Assembly (NCBI RefSeq): GCF_009834535.1
Contig: NC_045697.1
Span: 112,098,001 to 112,162,000 of the forward strand
Length of the DNA: 64,000 nucleotides
Direction of reading: 5' to 3'
Source of the DNA: Camelus ferus
Taxonomy: Eukaryota
Shown here: positions 50,878-63,624 of the stretch, piece after piece
Numbering within the stretch: the stretch's first letter is position 1
How the letters are laid out: each line of letters opens with the position of its first letter
Translations under genes and position numbers: made by a program
Notes under the pieces: model-generated
What the model saw: the letters and a program-made list of their open reading frames with translations, nothing else
What the model was told of the DNA's origin: nothing
The model's database searches: none

Positions 50878-51469
50878 AATATTGAAAGGTCTACTCTAAA
50901 TAGAAAAGAAGCAGGAAGCTATAGAAACAGGAAAACCAGAAGTGGAAATGTAATAACTATAATGATTTGCAACAGAATAAATATGAAGTTGTTGAAAAAA
51001 AAAAAGGACATCAAAATCATAAAAGGTGGGATGGGGAGCAAGAAAATATAGATTTTTTTCTCTCTCTTCTCTTTTTTCTTTCTTTTTTTCCCTTCATTCT
51101 CTTTAGGATGTGTTTGCACCTACATGACTACCAGTCTGAAGCAAACAGATATAGTCAGATATAGTAAGGGGTTAACATACTTAAAAAACAAGTTAATCAA
51201 AAGCATACAATAGAGTCACAAAAACCAAAAAGAAACCAAGCTAATACAAAAGAAAATTATCAAAGCAGAAAAATACCATGGATAAAAAATAAATTTCTTT
51301 TGTATAGCATAGGGAACTATATTCAATAGCTTGTAGTAACCTATGGTGAAAAAAAATATTAAAATGAATATATGTATGTTCATATATGACTGAAGCATTG
51401 TGCTGTACACCAGAAATTGAGCACATTTCAAACTGACTATACTTCAATAAAAATATATATTAAAAAAAA
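50878..51469 (+). mobile_element. L1 derivative: ORF1 end plus spacer fused directly to the distal 3'UTR and polyA, with no ORF2
   Basis: aatattgaaaggtctactctaa (ILKGLL*), spacer homologous to 13870-14215, then tgtatagcatagggaactatattcaatagc...tgtacaccagaaattg..cttcaataaaaa. Confidence 0.85.
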
Positions 51470-51510
51470 TGAACAGTATCGTTGATCATAAGTAATTTGC
51501 TCAAGCTAAC

Positions 51511-51580
51511 TTCCTTCTTCCCTTCTTTCCTTCCTTCCTTCCTTCCTTCCTTCCTTCCTTCCTCTTCCTCCTTCCTTTCC
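51511..51580. repeat. (TTCC)n microsatellite
   Basis: Polypyrimidine ttcc run. Confidence 0.93.
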
Positions 51581-51617
51581 TGTTTTACTTATAGAATAGT
51601 AGAATGGTGGGAAATAC

Positions 51618-51834
51618 AGGCAGGCTCTTTATCTGTATATTCCACGTCCTTGCATTCAACTAGCTGTGGATGGGTTTGGTGGAACTCGAGGATGCAGGAC
51701 CAGTGATACAGAGGGCCAACTGTACAACAAACATACCACTGCCAGTTTATGTGAGGGACTTGAGCAACTGAGGATTCTGGTATCCATGGCAGGTCCTGGA
51801 ACCAACACCCCCAGGATGCTAAAGGATGAAAGTG
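51618..51834. mobile_element. Tigger/MER2-like TcMar MITE
   Basis: gatacagagggccaactgta...agggacttgagca..ggattctggtatccatggcaggtcctggaaccaa.acccccaggat. Confidence 0.75.
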
Positions 51835-52097
51835 TTCTGTAAAAATTATGGAGGTAGAAAAAAGTTAATAGAAAGTTTAGTAAAATCAAGGGCTTGGTTA
51901 GTACCTGGAATCATTTAAAATTTTTCATATATATCAAAATAAACATACTATTTAATATATCTATTTTCTAAGAAAAAATAAGATGAAGATTATTGAGTTT
52001 TCCTATGTTTTACACGGAGACTAATCTATAAATAAGAAAATATCACTCAGATTTCTTGTAGAAATATTTTACTTAACTAAAGTAAATTTTATCAATA

Positions 52098-52677
52098 TGT
52101 TACCAGGAGGAGGGGAATAAAAGTTACCTTGGTTCTTAGTCATCCCCTCAAAAAAGAGTTTCTAACAGGAGATGGAAAGCATGATATAAACAGAAGATTT
52201 TATTAGTGAAGTAAAAATGTAGTAAAACATAGTACGTCCTCTGAGAATTGGGGGCGAACCAATCCGGGAGAGGAAAAATGGTGCCGCTCCTTTGTTTTCC
52301 CTGTTTTTATGTCCTGGTTTAGAGGCGTTTTCTTGATTGACTGACTGATTCACAGCTCAGGTTCTCTGAGTGCTCAGGCTGACTGACAGCTCCCGTTCCT
52401 CGTGCTCAGGCATGCCCATCTCTTTACGCATGTTCTTCCCCATGATGCACACCTACACAGGGGGCTCAAATTGTAACATTAATTATATTATAGTGAGCAT
52501 GGTGTCAAGTTAAGCCAGGTCCTTCTCTCTACTGCACAGCTGCAGCATTTGATTTTAGCTGACTTCTTTGCTGGCTCTCATTTAGAGAAAGTAAAAGTTT
52601 TTTGGAGCCCTTTATCCTGGGTTGCTCCCACCCTCTTCTTCTCCCCTTGCCTGGTGCTCATTTCTAACTGCCTAACA
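52098..52677 (-). mobile_element. ERV1 solo LTR
   Basis: tgttacc...cctaaca termini, 580 bp, 4-bp TSD aata/aatg. Same family as 2893-3432. Confidence 0.85.
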
Positions 52678-53130
52678 AATGGAAGCTTTGGTCAAGAAAA
52701 AAACAAAACCGTTTTCTACAAAAGTATTTAATTTTGAATTGTATAATTGAAATATTTAATGGTTTATTTTAATTTTGGCAGACTTGAGAGGGGACCATTT
52801 TAGGGAATACAACTTTGGTGAAAGAAGTACAAAAAATTGCAGCATCTAGGTTTTCATGATGACACAGAATCAAATCGATAAATGCTTTAGTTTACAATTG
52901 CTCTGTAAATTTCATGTCTATGGACTAAATATATGTTCTACGGGTGTTCTCAACCATATGGTGTGTCTTCTTTTTTAAGTGCCTTGGGTTCAGTTGCTTT
53001 GAATAGTAGAGTAAAAGATGAGCTTAAGAAATTGTGAAAACTGAATCAGATGTTGCAAGTTGATTCAAGACAGATTTGGCTAAAAATGTTCAATTTTTTT
53101 ATCTAAGAATAAATAATTATAGTACCCATC

Positions 53131-53438
53131 TATATTAGTCAGTGTCCTCCAGTAAGTTAAAGCCAACAGAATATGTTGCTGGAAGAGTTGTAGTTTTAGT
53201 CCAAAGGCAGTCAGCTGGCAGACTCCGTCTGTCAAAGAGAGGCCAATCTTTGTTCTATTAAGGCCTTCAACTGATTGAATGAGGCCCACCCACCGTGTGG
53301 AAAACAATCTGCTTTCCTCAAAGTTCACTGATTTAAATGTTACTCTCATAAAAAAAAAAAAAAAAACTTCACAGAAACATACAGAATAATGTTTGACCAA
53401 ATATCTGAGCACCACAGCACATAAAATTAACCATCACA
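53131..53438 (-). mobile_element. ERVL MLT2-like solo LTR, internally deleted
   Basis: ggccttcaactgattgaatgaggcccaccca...cataaaattaaccatcaca. Perfect 5-bp TSD ccatc (53126-53130 and 53439-53443). Confidence 0.88.
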
Positions 53439-55156
53439 CCATCTCAAAAGAATATTCTGAGTATTAAATGATTTAAAACAGGTAAAGCACTTAGGACATT
53501 GTCTGACACATAACATTCTTCAAATGTTAACTCTTATTGTTGTTGTTATTAATATGCAGTTACTTTGCTAGAATGGTATTAAAAATGACTACTGTTTTAT
53601 AGCTTGTATGAGAAATGCTTCTATTGTTTGAATGATAAGAGACATTTTAAGTGATCATGGAAAACAGCAAACATGACGTAGATAAGAACTTCCTAGTAAA
53701 CTGTCGGATGTTCTCATTCACATTGAACCTTTGCAAAGAGAAATACATTTGTGTATCTATCCCAAGGCAAATACGCTGGGGGGAAATGTCTTTTATGCTT
53801 TTTTTCTTGGCACTTTTAGAGATACAACCCTTTCCTTTCCAGTGGTAGAAAAGTCTCCAGTCCTCAAATCTGATCAGGACAAGTGGCTTACTTCCTTTTA
53901 AAGTTAGAGTTTGCTTTTTTTCCTTCTTTTGCTACTGGTGGGAAATCTGTATAAAATAAAGGTCCATCTCATAAAATCTTAGGCAGAAGTGCAATTACAT
54001 TATTCACACTTAGTCCAAATACAGAAGTTCATTACAAGCAGAGAAGTTATGAAAGATATGCGGCTCGCAGGAGGATTTGGCCTCCCACGAAAGCAATGAT
54101 TCATGAGTGTGCAAGGTTAGGGACTCGCCTTCCTTCTCTGCTCCTATTGCATTGTAGGGTTTTTACTGCCTGGCTTGCAGATCCAACAACGCAAGCCCAC
54201 AGTTCAGAGATCAGCAGTTTCCTGCTCTGACAGTGATGATGGTCTCCCTTTCTTCTTTGCTTGTGACTTCTGTTAAAGCTTTTCTAGTTTGTTTGTTTGT
54301 TTTTTTAAATCACCGTGTGTGAGGAACTCTCTACTCAGATCCCTTAATAAATTATGGCTTTTCTCAAACCACTTTTCTAACTTCCCATGTAGTGCAAGAT
54401 GATTTGAAATGACTATCTTTTATTTTGAACACCCTTGGCTTTTATGAGTTTTTTCCCCTCAGTCTTTGAACTGCTTATTTCCCCCTCGCGGCACACGGGA
54501 GTTCATTCCACGGGCAGACAGCTTTGCTGCTTCTGGTATGAGAAATCATTGCTCTGTGGCTTCTCTTCTGTCCTCTGTTCTTTGTCTTTCAGCTTTATTA
54601 ACAGCTAATCTCATAAAGGGCTCTGCTCACACTGCAGCAGTAATGGTCCTAAGGCGGGGCTGGTGTAACGCAGCCCGATGGAGTGGAAGGTAGGGCAGCT
54701 GGGTAGCTGCTCAATTTGGCAAATTGAGAAAATGAGGCCGAGGTGCTTGGGGTGCCCTTGGCCCTCCTCTTGGGTGCCCACCCCTCCAGCTCTTGAAGCT
54801 GGCTCCTCCCTTTTCCATTCCCCAGCCCCTTCTCTTCCTCTGCCTCAGGATTCTTCTATCTCTGAGAAGCTAATGTTCATTTAGGAGTTAAGGACCTCAC
54901 ATTACCTCTTCATTTCCATCATATATGAAGGCGGTACTAAGACAGCAATATTCAACCCAAAGAATTAGGACTTGAGTATTCAGGCTCCTGGGATGGATAC
55001 GTGTCCTTTCAACCATATTATGTAGGCAATGACAGACTCTATTTGTCTGAAGGTCTTTAAAGAAGGTCTCACTATGAAATAGATCATCCTGGAGTCCTGA
55101 TAAGCGTACTGAATACTGAATGTAAAGGAGGCGCCCAATTTCCCACTTCGATCCCC

Positions 55157-55600
55157 GTGCTGTGCTGGTGTAGTCACCTCCCCCCCCCCCAGTTGCTTAC
55201 AGTGTTAGCTGCTAAGCTCCACAGCTGTACTCTTCTCAAGAGAATTCCCATCCAGCAATTGAAGGCTCCTAGCCTGAAAATTTCTGGGCAGTTATTCCCT
55301 CCTCTGTGGGCTCTGGACAGCCCACAGCCATGGCCAATGGTTGGCTGATACCCAATACAAAATCCCAGCCACTTATGTAAAACTGGAACTACTGTGGGTA
55401 ACCATTCAGGCTCCCAAACTCCTCATGGGCTCAGCCTGAAGCTACTTTCAGCTGAACCTACATCTTGGCTGAGTGTCTACCTAACCCTCTGCTGTTTCCT
55501 TCACCTCCTCCTCAGGGAGTTGTCCTGAGAGCACTGCCTCAGCATCACGTGCACAAGATCACACCCTTAGGCTCTGCTTTTAGGGGACATGACTGAGCAT
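55157..55600 (+). mobile_element. ERVL LTR16-like solo LTR
   Basis: ggacagcccacagcc..ccaatg...cctgagagcactgcctca..atcacgtgcacaagatc...aggctctgctt. Confidence 0.7.
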
Positions 55601-56964
55601 ATGATTAGGGAACCTGCAAAGCATGGCACCTGAAAGAGACGAGAAACCTTTTTTTTGGAGAAAGAATTTGATATTTCAAATTTTAGAAAATAACATTGCA
55701 GCACGCACCATGTAGAAAATCAGAATGTTGTCTTCTGTTTTAGAGTTCTGTATTGTTTTTCTTTCAAATCACACCAAGCAGGGCACCTCACCTCCTGACT
55801 GCCTAGTTAGCCTGCATGTCTTAATCAAGCATTCATAGCAGGAAAGGGCATTTCTTGCACGCTTCTATTTGTTTTCCATTCATTCAAAACTGCCTGCCTC
55901 TGTGGATTCACGAAAGCAAAAACATACACAAATTGTGCAATTCACACATTTAACCATGTGCAATGCTCACAACTACAAATGCGTCTTGCAAAAACAGTGC
56001 ATCAGTGACTTGCTGGGTGGTGATACCTACTGTCGGGATTTTGCACTTGGCCACTTGAGGAGCAAATTCTGGTCCAGAAAAATGCGAAAGTCTCTACAAT
56101 TTTCTGTGTATCTGAGGTCAGACCACTTCCAGAACCTAGTCAGAACTGTGGGCTTGTTTTTTCTAGGCATCCTGTCTGGAAACCTATGTCAACAACAGAG
56201 AAAGTCAAAGAGTTTATCCTCAGTGGCAGCAGACTTCTGGTTGACCACAGCACTGTTCAAATTTAGATGATCCTCGTATTAGATGGCCCATATCCCTTCA
56301 GCTATTCCAGCCCAGAGCCATGTCTCTCTTTGCTCACATCTCACACTTAAGGCAGCTAGATTCACCTATGCAAGGCACACCCTATCATAAGATGGATACC
56401 TTCCTTGTTCTCATTCTGCATCTTTATGACTCTGCCCTGATGGAATGGTTTTACACCCTGTCTCTGGTTCATCCCTGGATCTTCTCATTTGACCTTGTTA
56501 TCTGGATTCACTTGGTTGATTCCCTGCTCCTCCTTTACTTACCCCTCTTCCCTGCCTCCTCACAGGAGTTCCTGCAGATGGATAATCCACTTGGCTGTCT
56601 TCCAGGATAAGTGCACCAGCCCTGGCTCACTCCTCAGGCATTGCACTGCCTCATAATGTCTTAGAAAATGCCCTCAATGGATTCCTTATGATAGAATAAA
56701 CAAACAGAACACAAAGTAAGCCACCAAATGGAAAGTGGGTTAAACCCTTAAATTCTACCACCTTTGCTCCGAGTACTGTGAGATCCCAGTTGAGAGAAAG
56801 GTGAGCTGATTTCTTGAAACTTTCCATTGACCTCATCTTGTCAACCAGGGTTTCTCCCTAGGGGAATGCCAGCTTACAAAACTCCCCATCCATGTTGCAA
56901 TTACTAGAGTTCTGGGAACAGGGTCCACACTCTTTTTCTATTATGACTACATCTACTGCTAATT

Positions 56965-57040
56965 ATCTTTTTTTTTAATTGAAGTATATTCAGTATTGAA
57001 TGTTGTATTAATTTTTGGTGTACAGCATAGTGATTCAGTT

Positions 57041-57083
<43 letters not shown>

Positions 57084-57120
57084 TATATATACACACATAT
57101 ATATTCCTTCTCATATTCTT
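56965..57120 (-). mobile_element. Very short L1 3' tip with an expanded (TA)n/(CA)n tract
   Basis: ttttttaattgaagtata...ggtgtacagcatagtgattcagttatac(at)n. Confidence 0.85.
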
Positions 57121-57330
57121 TATTGCACACCCACTAAGTGCCATAAACTGTGCCAGAGGCTTTCAGAGTCATCATTTTTAATCCTCATTGCTGTGTGCAG
57201 GGTAGGTATTATCTCCATCCTTCCACTGTGGGATGAATGAAGTCGTGGTTTAGAGAGGTTGAGGTCAGACATTAAGTGACAAACCTGGAAATAAACCCGC
57301 CTGTGTCTGAGTTCCAAGCCCATGTGCTAT
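57121..57330 (-). mobile_element. MIR SINE
   Basis: ttaatcctca..gggtaggtattatctccat...ggtttagagaggtt...ctgtgtctgagttccaagcccatgtgct. Confidence 0.75.
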
Positions 57331-57397
57331 TATCTCCCTTTTTGTTGTCCTCCAGCTACTCACCTGAGCCCAGCAACTATCCATTTGCAGAGCCCAT

Positions 57398-57900
57398 TGT
57401 ATTAGGTATCTATTGCTGCATAAGAAGCTCTTAGTGATTGAAAGCAACACATGTCTGTTATCCTACAGTTTCCATGGGTCATGGGTCTGGCCATGATTAG
57501 CTGGCTCCTTGGCTCAAGGACTTAAAGCCTGCTGTCAAAGTGTTAGCTGGGTCTCCTTTCTTTCTGGAGCTTTGTATTCTCTTTCAACGGTTAGCAAAAC
57601 TCATTTCCTTGCAGCTGCATGGCTGAGAGCCCTGGCTTCTTACCGCTGTTGTCTGGGGCTCACCTTCACATCCTAAAGGCCTCCCCTTTTCTGTCCCAAG
57701 GGCAGCAGGAGGGCTCTCTGCCTCCAGTGAGCTCTAATGGAGCCTTATAAACGTAACCTAATCAAAGGCGTGACAGCCCAACACCTTTGCCACGTTCTGT
57801 TGGTTAGAAGCAAGTCACAAGTCCCGCCCACATTCAAGGGGAGGGGCTCCTACCAGGAGTGGATTACTGGGGGGGTCACATGAGGGGTTTCTGCCAGACT
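57398..57900 (-). mobile_element. MaLR solo LTR (MLT1F-like)
   Basis: tgtattaggtatctattgctgcataa...ttggttagaagcaagtcacaagtcccgcccacattcaaggggagggg. TSD cccat/ccctt. Confidence 0.82.
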
Positions 57901-60900
57901 CCCTTGCCACAGTTCTCCCAGAGCTGCCAGTGAAGGTTAGCAAAGCACGGCCCAGAACCCAAGGGACGAAGTTCTGGCTGCAGCTGCTGGTCCCACTGCC
58001 GTTTTCCTCCCCCAGTTAAGTGGGGAGAATATTATTTATCTTCTTTGCTGGGGCAGGGTGACAATTTGGTCACAGAATGCTTTGATACCCATGATGAAAG
58101 GTTCTTTACAAAGCTAAAGTACATTTTTTCCCCTAAAAGAAAAATAGAAGCCATCTGTTGCTAAGGAAACCACAACCTTTCCCTGTGCTTATTTAGAAAA
58201 GAGACACATTCAAGAGTCTTCACTGCAGGAACAGAGATTGTGTTTTATGTTGGTGGGAATAAACAAAGAAAAAATTATTCCAGTCAATTAAAAAAGATCC
58301 ATTATCTTGGGTCTTACGGAAAATACTTTATTCTCAGGGGTTCAATTCAAAGTTCACCCCTTTTTTCTCATACTATTTTTGTCTTGTTTGCATGTGAAAC
58401 TTCCTTTGAAGTCCGCAGAATCTTCGGGTCTGGGCAAAACAAGGGAAGCTGAAGGGATCCTGGGAAAACCAGCAAAAACCCATTCCAGAGTGGCCTGGCG
58501 AAAAAGCTCAGGGGCTCTGTACACCACCCCGTCAATCCATCTACCACGTCCATTCTAAGCCTGGGCACTAAGTCAAAAAGAGTCTCTGACCATTGTTTAA
58601 GTAATCACTCACAGTACATCATCACACTCCTCGTATTACTAGTAAACTATTACATTCTTGTTTTATTTTCTGGTGTCAGGAATTTGAGCTAAGCCCTGCC
58701 CTCGCAGACCTTAGATCCAAGGCATTGCCTTTGGGGCAGGTGGGGGCCCCGTCCACCAGTCTCGACCCAACAGAGCTACTAGTTAGTGGTTTCCTGGGGA
58801 TAATTTACTTGTAAAGTGTGGAGGAGAGGCAGGATGGGGCAAGGAGGAGCTAGTAACTAGAGCATTCTGACCTACGGAAATACTGTCCTGTAACAATGGT
58901 GTGTATCTGGCAACATGCGCCTGCTTAGCCTCCCTTAAAGTCAAAAATGAAGAGAAAAGACATCTGAGAAATGGAGATATTTGGATTGGCCTTGTGTGTA
59001 TTTACACGAGTGGTTCTTCTGCTGTTGATTATTATGGGAAAAATATCCCCAAGTGGATTTTATGTCTTCTGTCCCTAGATGAGTGAGGTGCTGTGTGCTA
59101 TTGAAGGTTGCCCTCACCTAGTCTTTCAAAAGGACCACATCCTCAAGGGGCTGGGGAGGGGGGTGTGGACTCAGGAGACAAACCATCCAAAAATGCATCT
59201 GCCAGGCAAGCAGAGCATGGAGAAGGGTTAGCTGCAACTGAAATGTACACAGTTAACTGATAGCGGAACCATTGTTTTATTCCTTCTGTTTGTCTCAGAC
59301 GTCCTTTTCATATATATCTTTGCTCTGTGAGTCCAGGCCTGGACATTATTTTATTCATTAATTCAAGCTGTTAAGTTCTCTCTTGGAAAACTTCTCAAAT
59401 CATTGCAACCATAGTTTACACTAAGAATCAAAAAACAATAGGAATAAGTGTGGAATCAAAAATTCATTCTTTAGTTCAACATCAGAGTTAACTGTAACTT
59501 TTAAATCAGTGGTTTGGATCATTATTTTGCTGTAGTCATTTGTATCATACTAAGAAAGAACTACATGAACTAGTTTTCTAATTATCAATAGGGTTTAAGT
59601 TTATAACTTTTGAGAGGGGACAAGCAACCATTTTGAACTCTGCATCTGCCCACAGAGGAAACATTACATGAGGCCAGATGTGTGAATTACTGGAAATTAT
59701 ACGGAATATTTTTTCTAGAGACTATAAGGAGAAAGTTTTCAAAAAGCAAATACGCCATGGTATTCCCTAATTTTCAATATTATTATACTAATAATTGAAG
59801 AATCAAACATTTTGGTTAGAGGCTAGGAGTGACAATGCTAAACAATTATAATATATAATATGTATAATACATACTCATAAATAAAATAAAATATAAATAT
59901 ATACTTATAATATATAAAATATATGTTCTATACTGTAATATATAGGGCAGCACAATATATTGCTAGTAGCACTAGATATACTGTTGGTATTAGGTAGTAG
60001 AAGAAAAAAAAAATGGAATCCAGTCAGTTGACAGGGCTGCCTACCAGTAAGACAGCTGTTTCTAAGCTCTTCTTCAAAAGTGAACTTCACAGGCTACTCA
60101 AAAAAAAAAAAAAAAAAAAGAAAAAAAGAAAAGCTAACTATATTCTATGTCTCAGATTTCCAAGTTGCTGGGAGATAAAAAGCATCAAGAAGGTAAATGA
60201 ATTAAGCAAGAAAAGTAAGAATAACTGCAAACACTTAGCCTGTTCTGCCTCAATAAAACAGAGTAGAGTGGTTGACAGTGGCAAATTCACCAACCAAATG
60301 TATTTATAGATAGCCCATCTATTTGCTATTTCAGATTGATTCACAGCCTACCTAACACCCAGGGGGGAGGTCATTTCATAAACAGGAAAAGAGAATTAAA
60401 GATTAAATATATTTCTAGAAAACAACTCAAGAAAAAATTGCTGAGTTTGAGAAAAACATATCTTTCAACATCAAATTAAGCCTTATTCCAGACTGCACAC
60501 AAATGTTTTTCTTCTTTTAAAAAACTGTTGGAAATTGAAGTCATTTAATCACCTTGGATCAGATATCCAGCCATGGATTTGGTCTGCATGGTCACTGATT
60601 ATAGGACTTGGAAATAAGATTCAGCAATCAAGGTTCTTAGCCAGTCAATTCTAAATGTCATGTCCTTTCCCAACCTTCTCCATGTACTCTGCTGCCTGTG
60701 AAGTTGTCCTGAAAATATTTTCAATAGAAATTGACAGTTGAAATGGTGGAGGTTTCAAATATGTGATTAGAGGATCTCCTAATCTTTCTTATCAGCTGGA
60801 TAATTTTCTGTGACTTGACACTAAGCAGTGGAGTGGTGTAATTACAGATTCATTGACTCCACCTTGTTTTGCTCTGTGGAAAATGGGCAGCGATGACACC

Positions 60901-60954
60901 AGAGTTGTAGTTTTCAAATCCCACACTTACCGTGCATAAATACAAATGCAGATA

Positions 60955-61115
60955 CAATATTTTATAGTTGGGAGGGACCTGAGCAATCAACAAATGATAG
61001 ATCTGAGAGCCAGAGAGGTTCAAGTGATATGCCTAAAGTCACAAAGACAGATAGTATGGGAGCTGAGACCAAAGTGAAGATTTCCTGGTTCTTAGCCCAA
61101 GGCATTCACAGCAGT
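60955..61115 (-). mobile_element. MIR fragment
   Basis: ctgagagccagagaggttcaagtgatatgcctaaagtcaca. Confidence 0.65.
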
Positions 61116-62474
61116 ACTGAGGCATCAGAATTTCTTTTGATTGTGTGGAGTAAACATAAAAATATTACAGTGTGGTTTTCAGAATTCTTTGTGGACTTCC
61201 ATGAGACTTGTTTTCCAAATGATTTTGGAAGCTTAAGTGAGCACCTTCTGCTTTCAGATACATGAAAACATTTTTTATTCTTTATAAATTTTCATTGCTT
61301 CCATTTTAAGTGTCAAACAACAATACACAAGCTGTCAGTATCTCCGTTTAAAAAAAAAACACAGAAGTGGTTTAGAACGTCTTATTAGGGAAGTGATGAG
61401 ATGGACTAGGGCCATCTTGGATGTAGCTCTGTCTCCACTTGGATGTAACTGGTCACTAATTTATAGTCTTTCTTCTAAATGCTCAATACAGAGACAACAA
61501 GAAAATTAAAGAGTGATTTAAACATTTATAATTAAGGTTAGTATATTTCGAATGAAACAAGTAATGCATTGGGTAGAATTTTGGCCTTTTCAGTGAATTG
61601 TTTTAATTTAAGTGCTGGTGTCAGTAGGTTGTATGTTTGTTTTCACCTCACAAGTTTTCTTTTTTATTTACACATAATGATGTGAATTTTAAATGTACTT
61701 AAAAGCACTTGCAAATGTACAACAGTTATGTTATAAAACATTGTCTCTTGAAACTTAGTGGGTAAATGCTAACAGCAAGGGTTCTACCCTGTATTTTGTC
61801 TGGGATCACAAATGTTTTATTTGATAGAACTTGAGTTCAAATTTGCCTTGTCAGATAGACTGTGGTAAATGTAGCTCATGGAAATCATTAGCAGGAAGTG
61901 ATACTGGGTGGAACCACTAGATGCCACAGAAGAGTCTAAGTTATACTTCGTGTTCTCAATGAAGAGCAGGTTTTATAGGAACCACTTATTGGGAACCAGA
62001 GTTTGGCCTTGGCATCCTCAAGTTGTGCTGCAAATCTCAGCTGCTGTCTGACTAAAACTTGCCATTTTTAGTGCTTGCATGCCTGGTAACCTTGAATCCA
62101 TACTTACTGTTTAACATGATTCTGAGTGCGGTCAGGTGCATGATGGCTGAAGTCATATATTATCAAGGAAGTTGACTTGCCAAAGTCAGTGGTTTGGAAA
62201 TCTTCAAAGCTCCAAGTACTCTGCTCAAATGTCAATTAAAACTTTTTTTTTTCCTGTCACATTCCAATCATTTCTATGATGCAATATTTTTGAGGTTTTT
62301 CAATCTAGATTTTTTTTTTTTAATACCCTTTAGTGGACCATTTTACTCTCAATTCTGTCACCTTGATGTTGTCACATGGTTCCATACAATAAGAATACAC
62401 CCGGATCTTGAAATTAGGTACCTATCTCTTCACTCAGGTGAATAGCAATTCTGCCCATTTACTTTTGTAATGTG

Positions 62475-62698
62475 TAGAGATTGGTAAACTTTTTTCATAA
62501 AGGGCTAGATAGTAAATATTTTAGCCTTTGCAGACCTTGGGATCTTTGTCACAACTATTCAGCTCTGCTCTTATAATGTAAAAGTAGCCACAGACAGTAG
62601 GTAAATCAATGAGCACGGCTGTACTCCAGTTTAACTCTATTTACAAAATCAAGTAGTGGGCTGGATTTGGCCCAAGAGCCATAGTTAGCCAAAGTCTA
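62475..62698. mobile_element. MER58A-like hAT-Charlie MITE
   Basis: ggtaaacttttttcataaagggctagatagtaaatattttagcctttgcag...gtcacaactattcagctctgc...gggctggatttggccc. Confidence 0.85.
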
Positions 62699-63624
62699 GA
62701 TTAAAGTATCTGGAGTGAGCAAATCCAGTAAAATTTGCTAAATTCCCTAAGCCTTAAAACTGTGTTTGCTAAATTCCTGGGAGGAGGATTCCGTAGACTG
62801 AGTTTTGCAAAAACAGTTATTTGTAAATGTGTTTCAAATCATAGGATATGTGAAGATATATTAAGATTAGTTGGTGGGAAGTAAAAAAAAAATCTATTAT
62901 TCTCTTCATTTAATAAATTATAAGGGAGTCTAAGGAGTATCTCTTGCAGAAATTATAAAATAAGTGTAACTTATTTATCAATGCCAAAAGCTAGAAGTGA
63001 TCAATTTAGATCATTACAGTTTGGAAGTCAACTAAATAGAATGAATTATCCAGCCCATTAGTTTAAGAATTGGCTAGGGTTGTGAGAACTTCCCTAGTAA
63101 TCGATACTCTCATTTGAATCTTGGTCAATAAAAGGATAAGTTACCATTAGAATTGACCTCTTAGATCTTGAACAAAAAATAGTAACTCCTATTTTTTAGA
63201 TATACTGTGTCATCTGAATTTACTCTTAAGAATTTATACTACTACTGGGTAAATAAACATTGGCCAACAAAGCTGGTTGAAGAAAACCAGTCAGCCTGAA
63301 AAACAAAAAGACAAAGAACAAAAAACCAAAAACAAACACACAAACAAACAAACAAAAAAACCCTAAAATCAAATGTAGGAAAAGGTTGAGATATTCTACA
63401 TGCTGATTTTATGATTATTTTGTTTGATTTTTAGTGCTTGTTTAGGGAACAGATCTATGAGAGTATTGTTTCTAGCTACACTCTATTTGTGTTTTTGTAA
63501 CTTACACAACAAGTAGACCGATCAAGGCTGGGAGGTGTTAAGATTAAGAATGGAGTGGCAGGGTATGATGATAATAAAAGGACCAATACGCTTGACAATT
63601 TAAATAAAATTGTTATATATGTTC

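Noticed and set aside
55869..56270. 133-aa ORF in apparently unique DNA
   Set aside because: Starts at TTG, has no recognisable domain or promoter context, and its length is compatible with chance.
60100..60132. Isolated polyA tract, and the polyT at 27460-27480, as retrocopy tails
   Set aside because: No adjacent AATAAA, element body or TSD was found.
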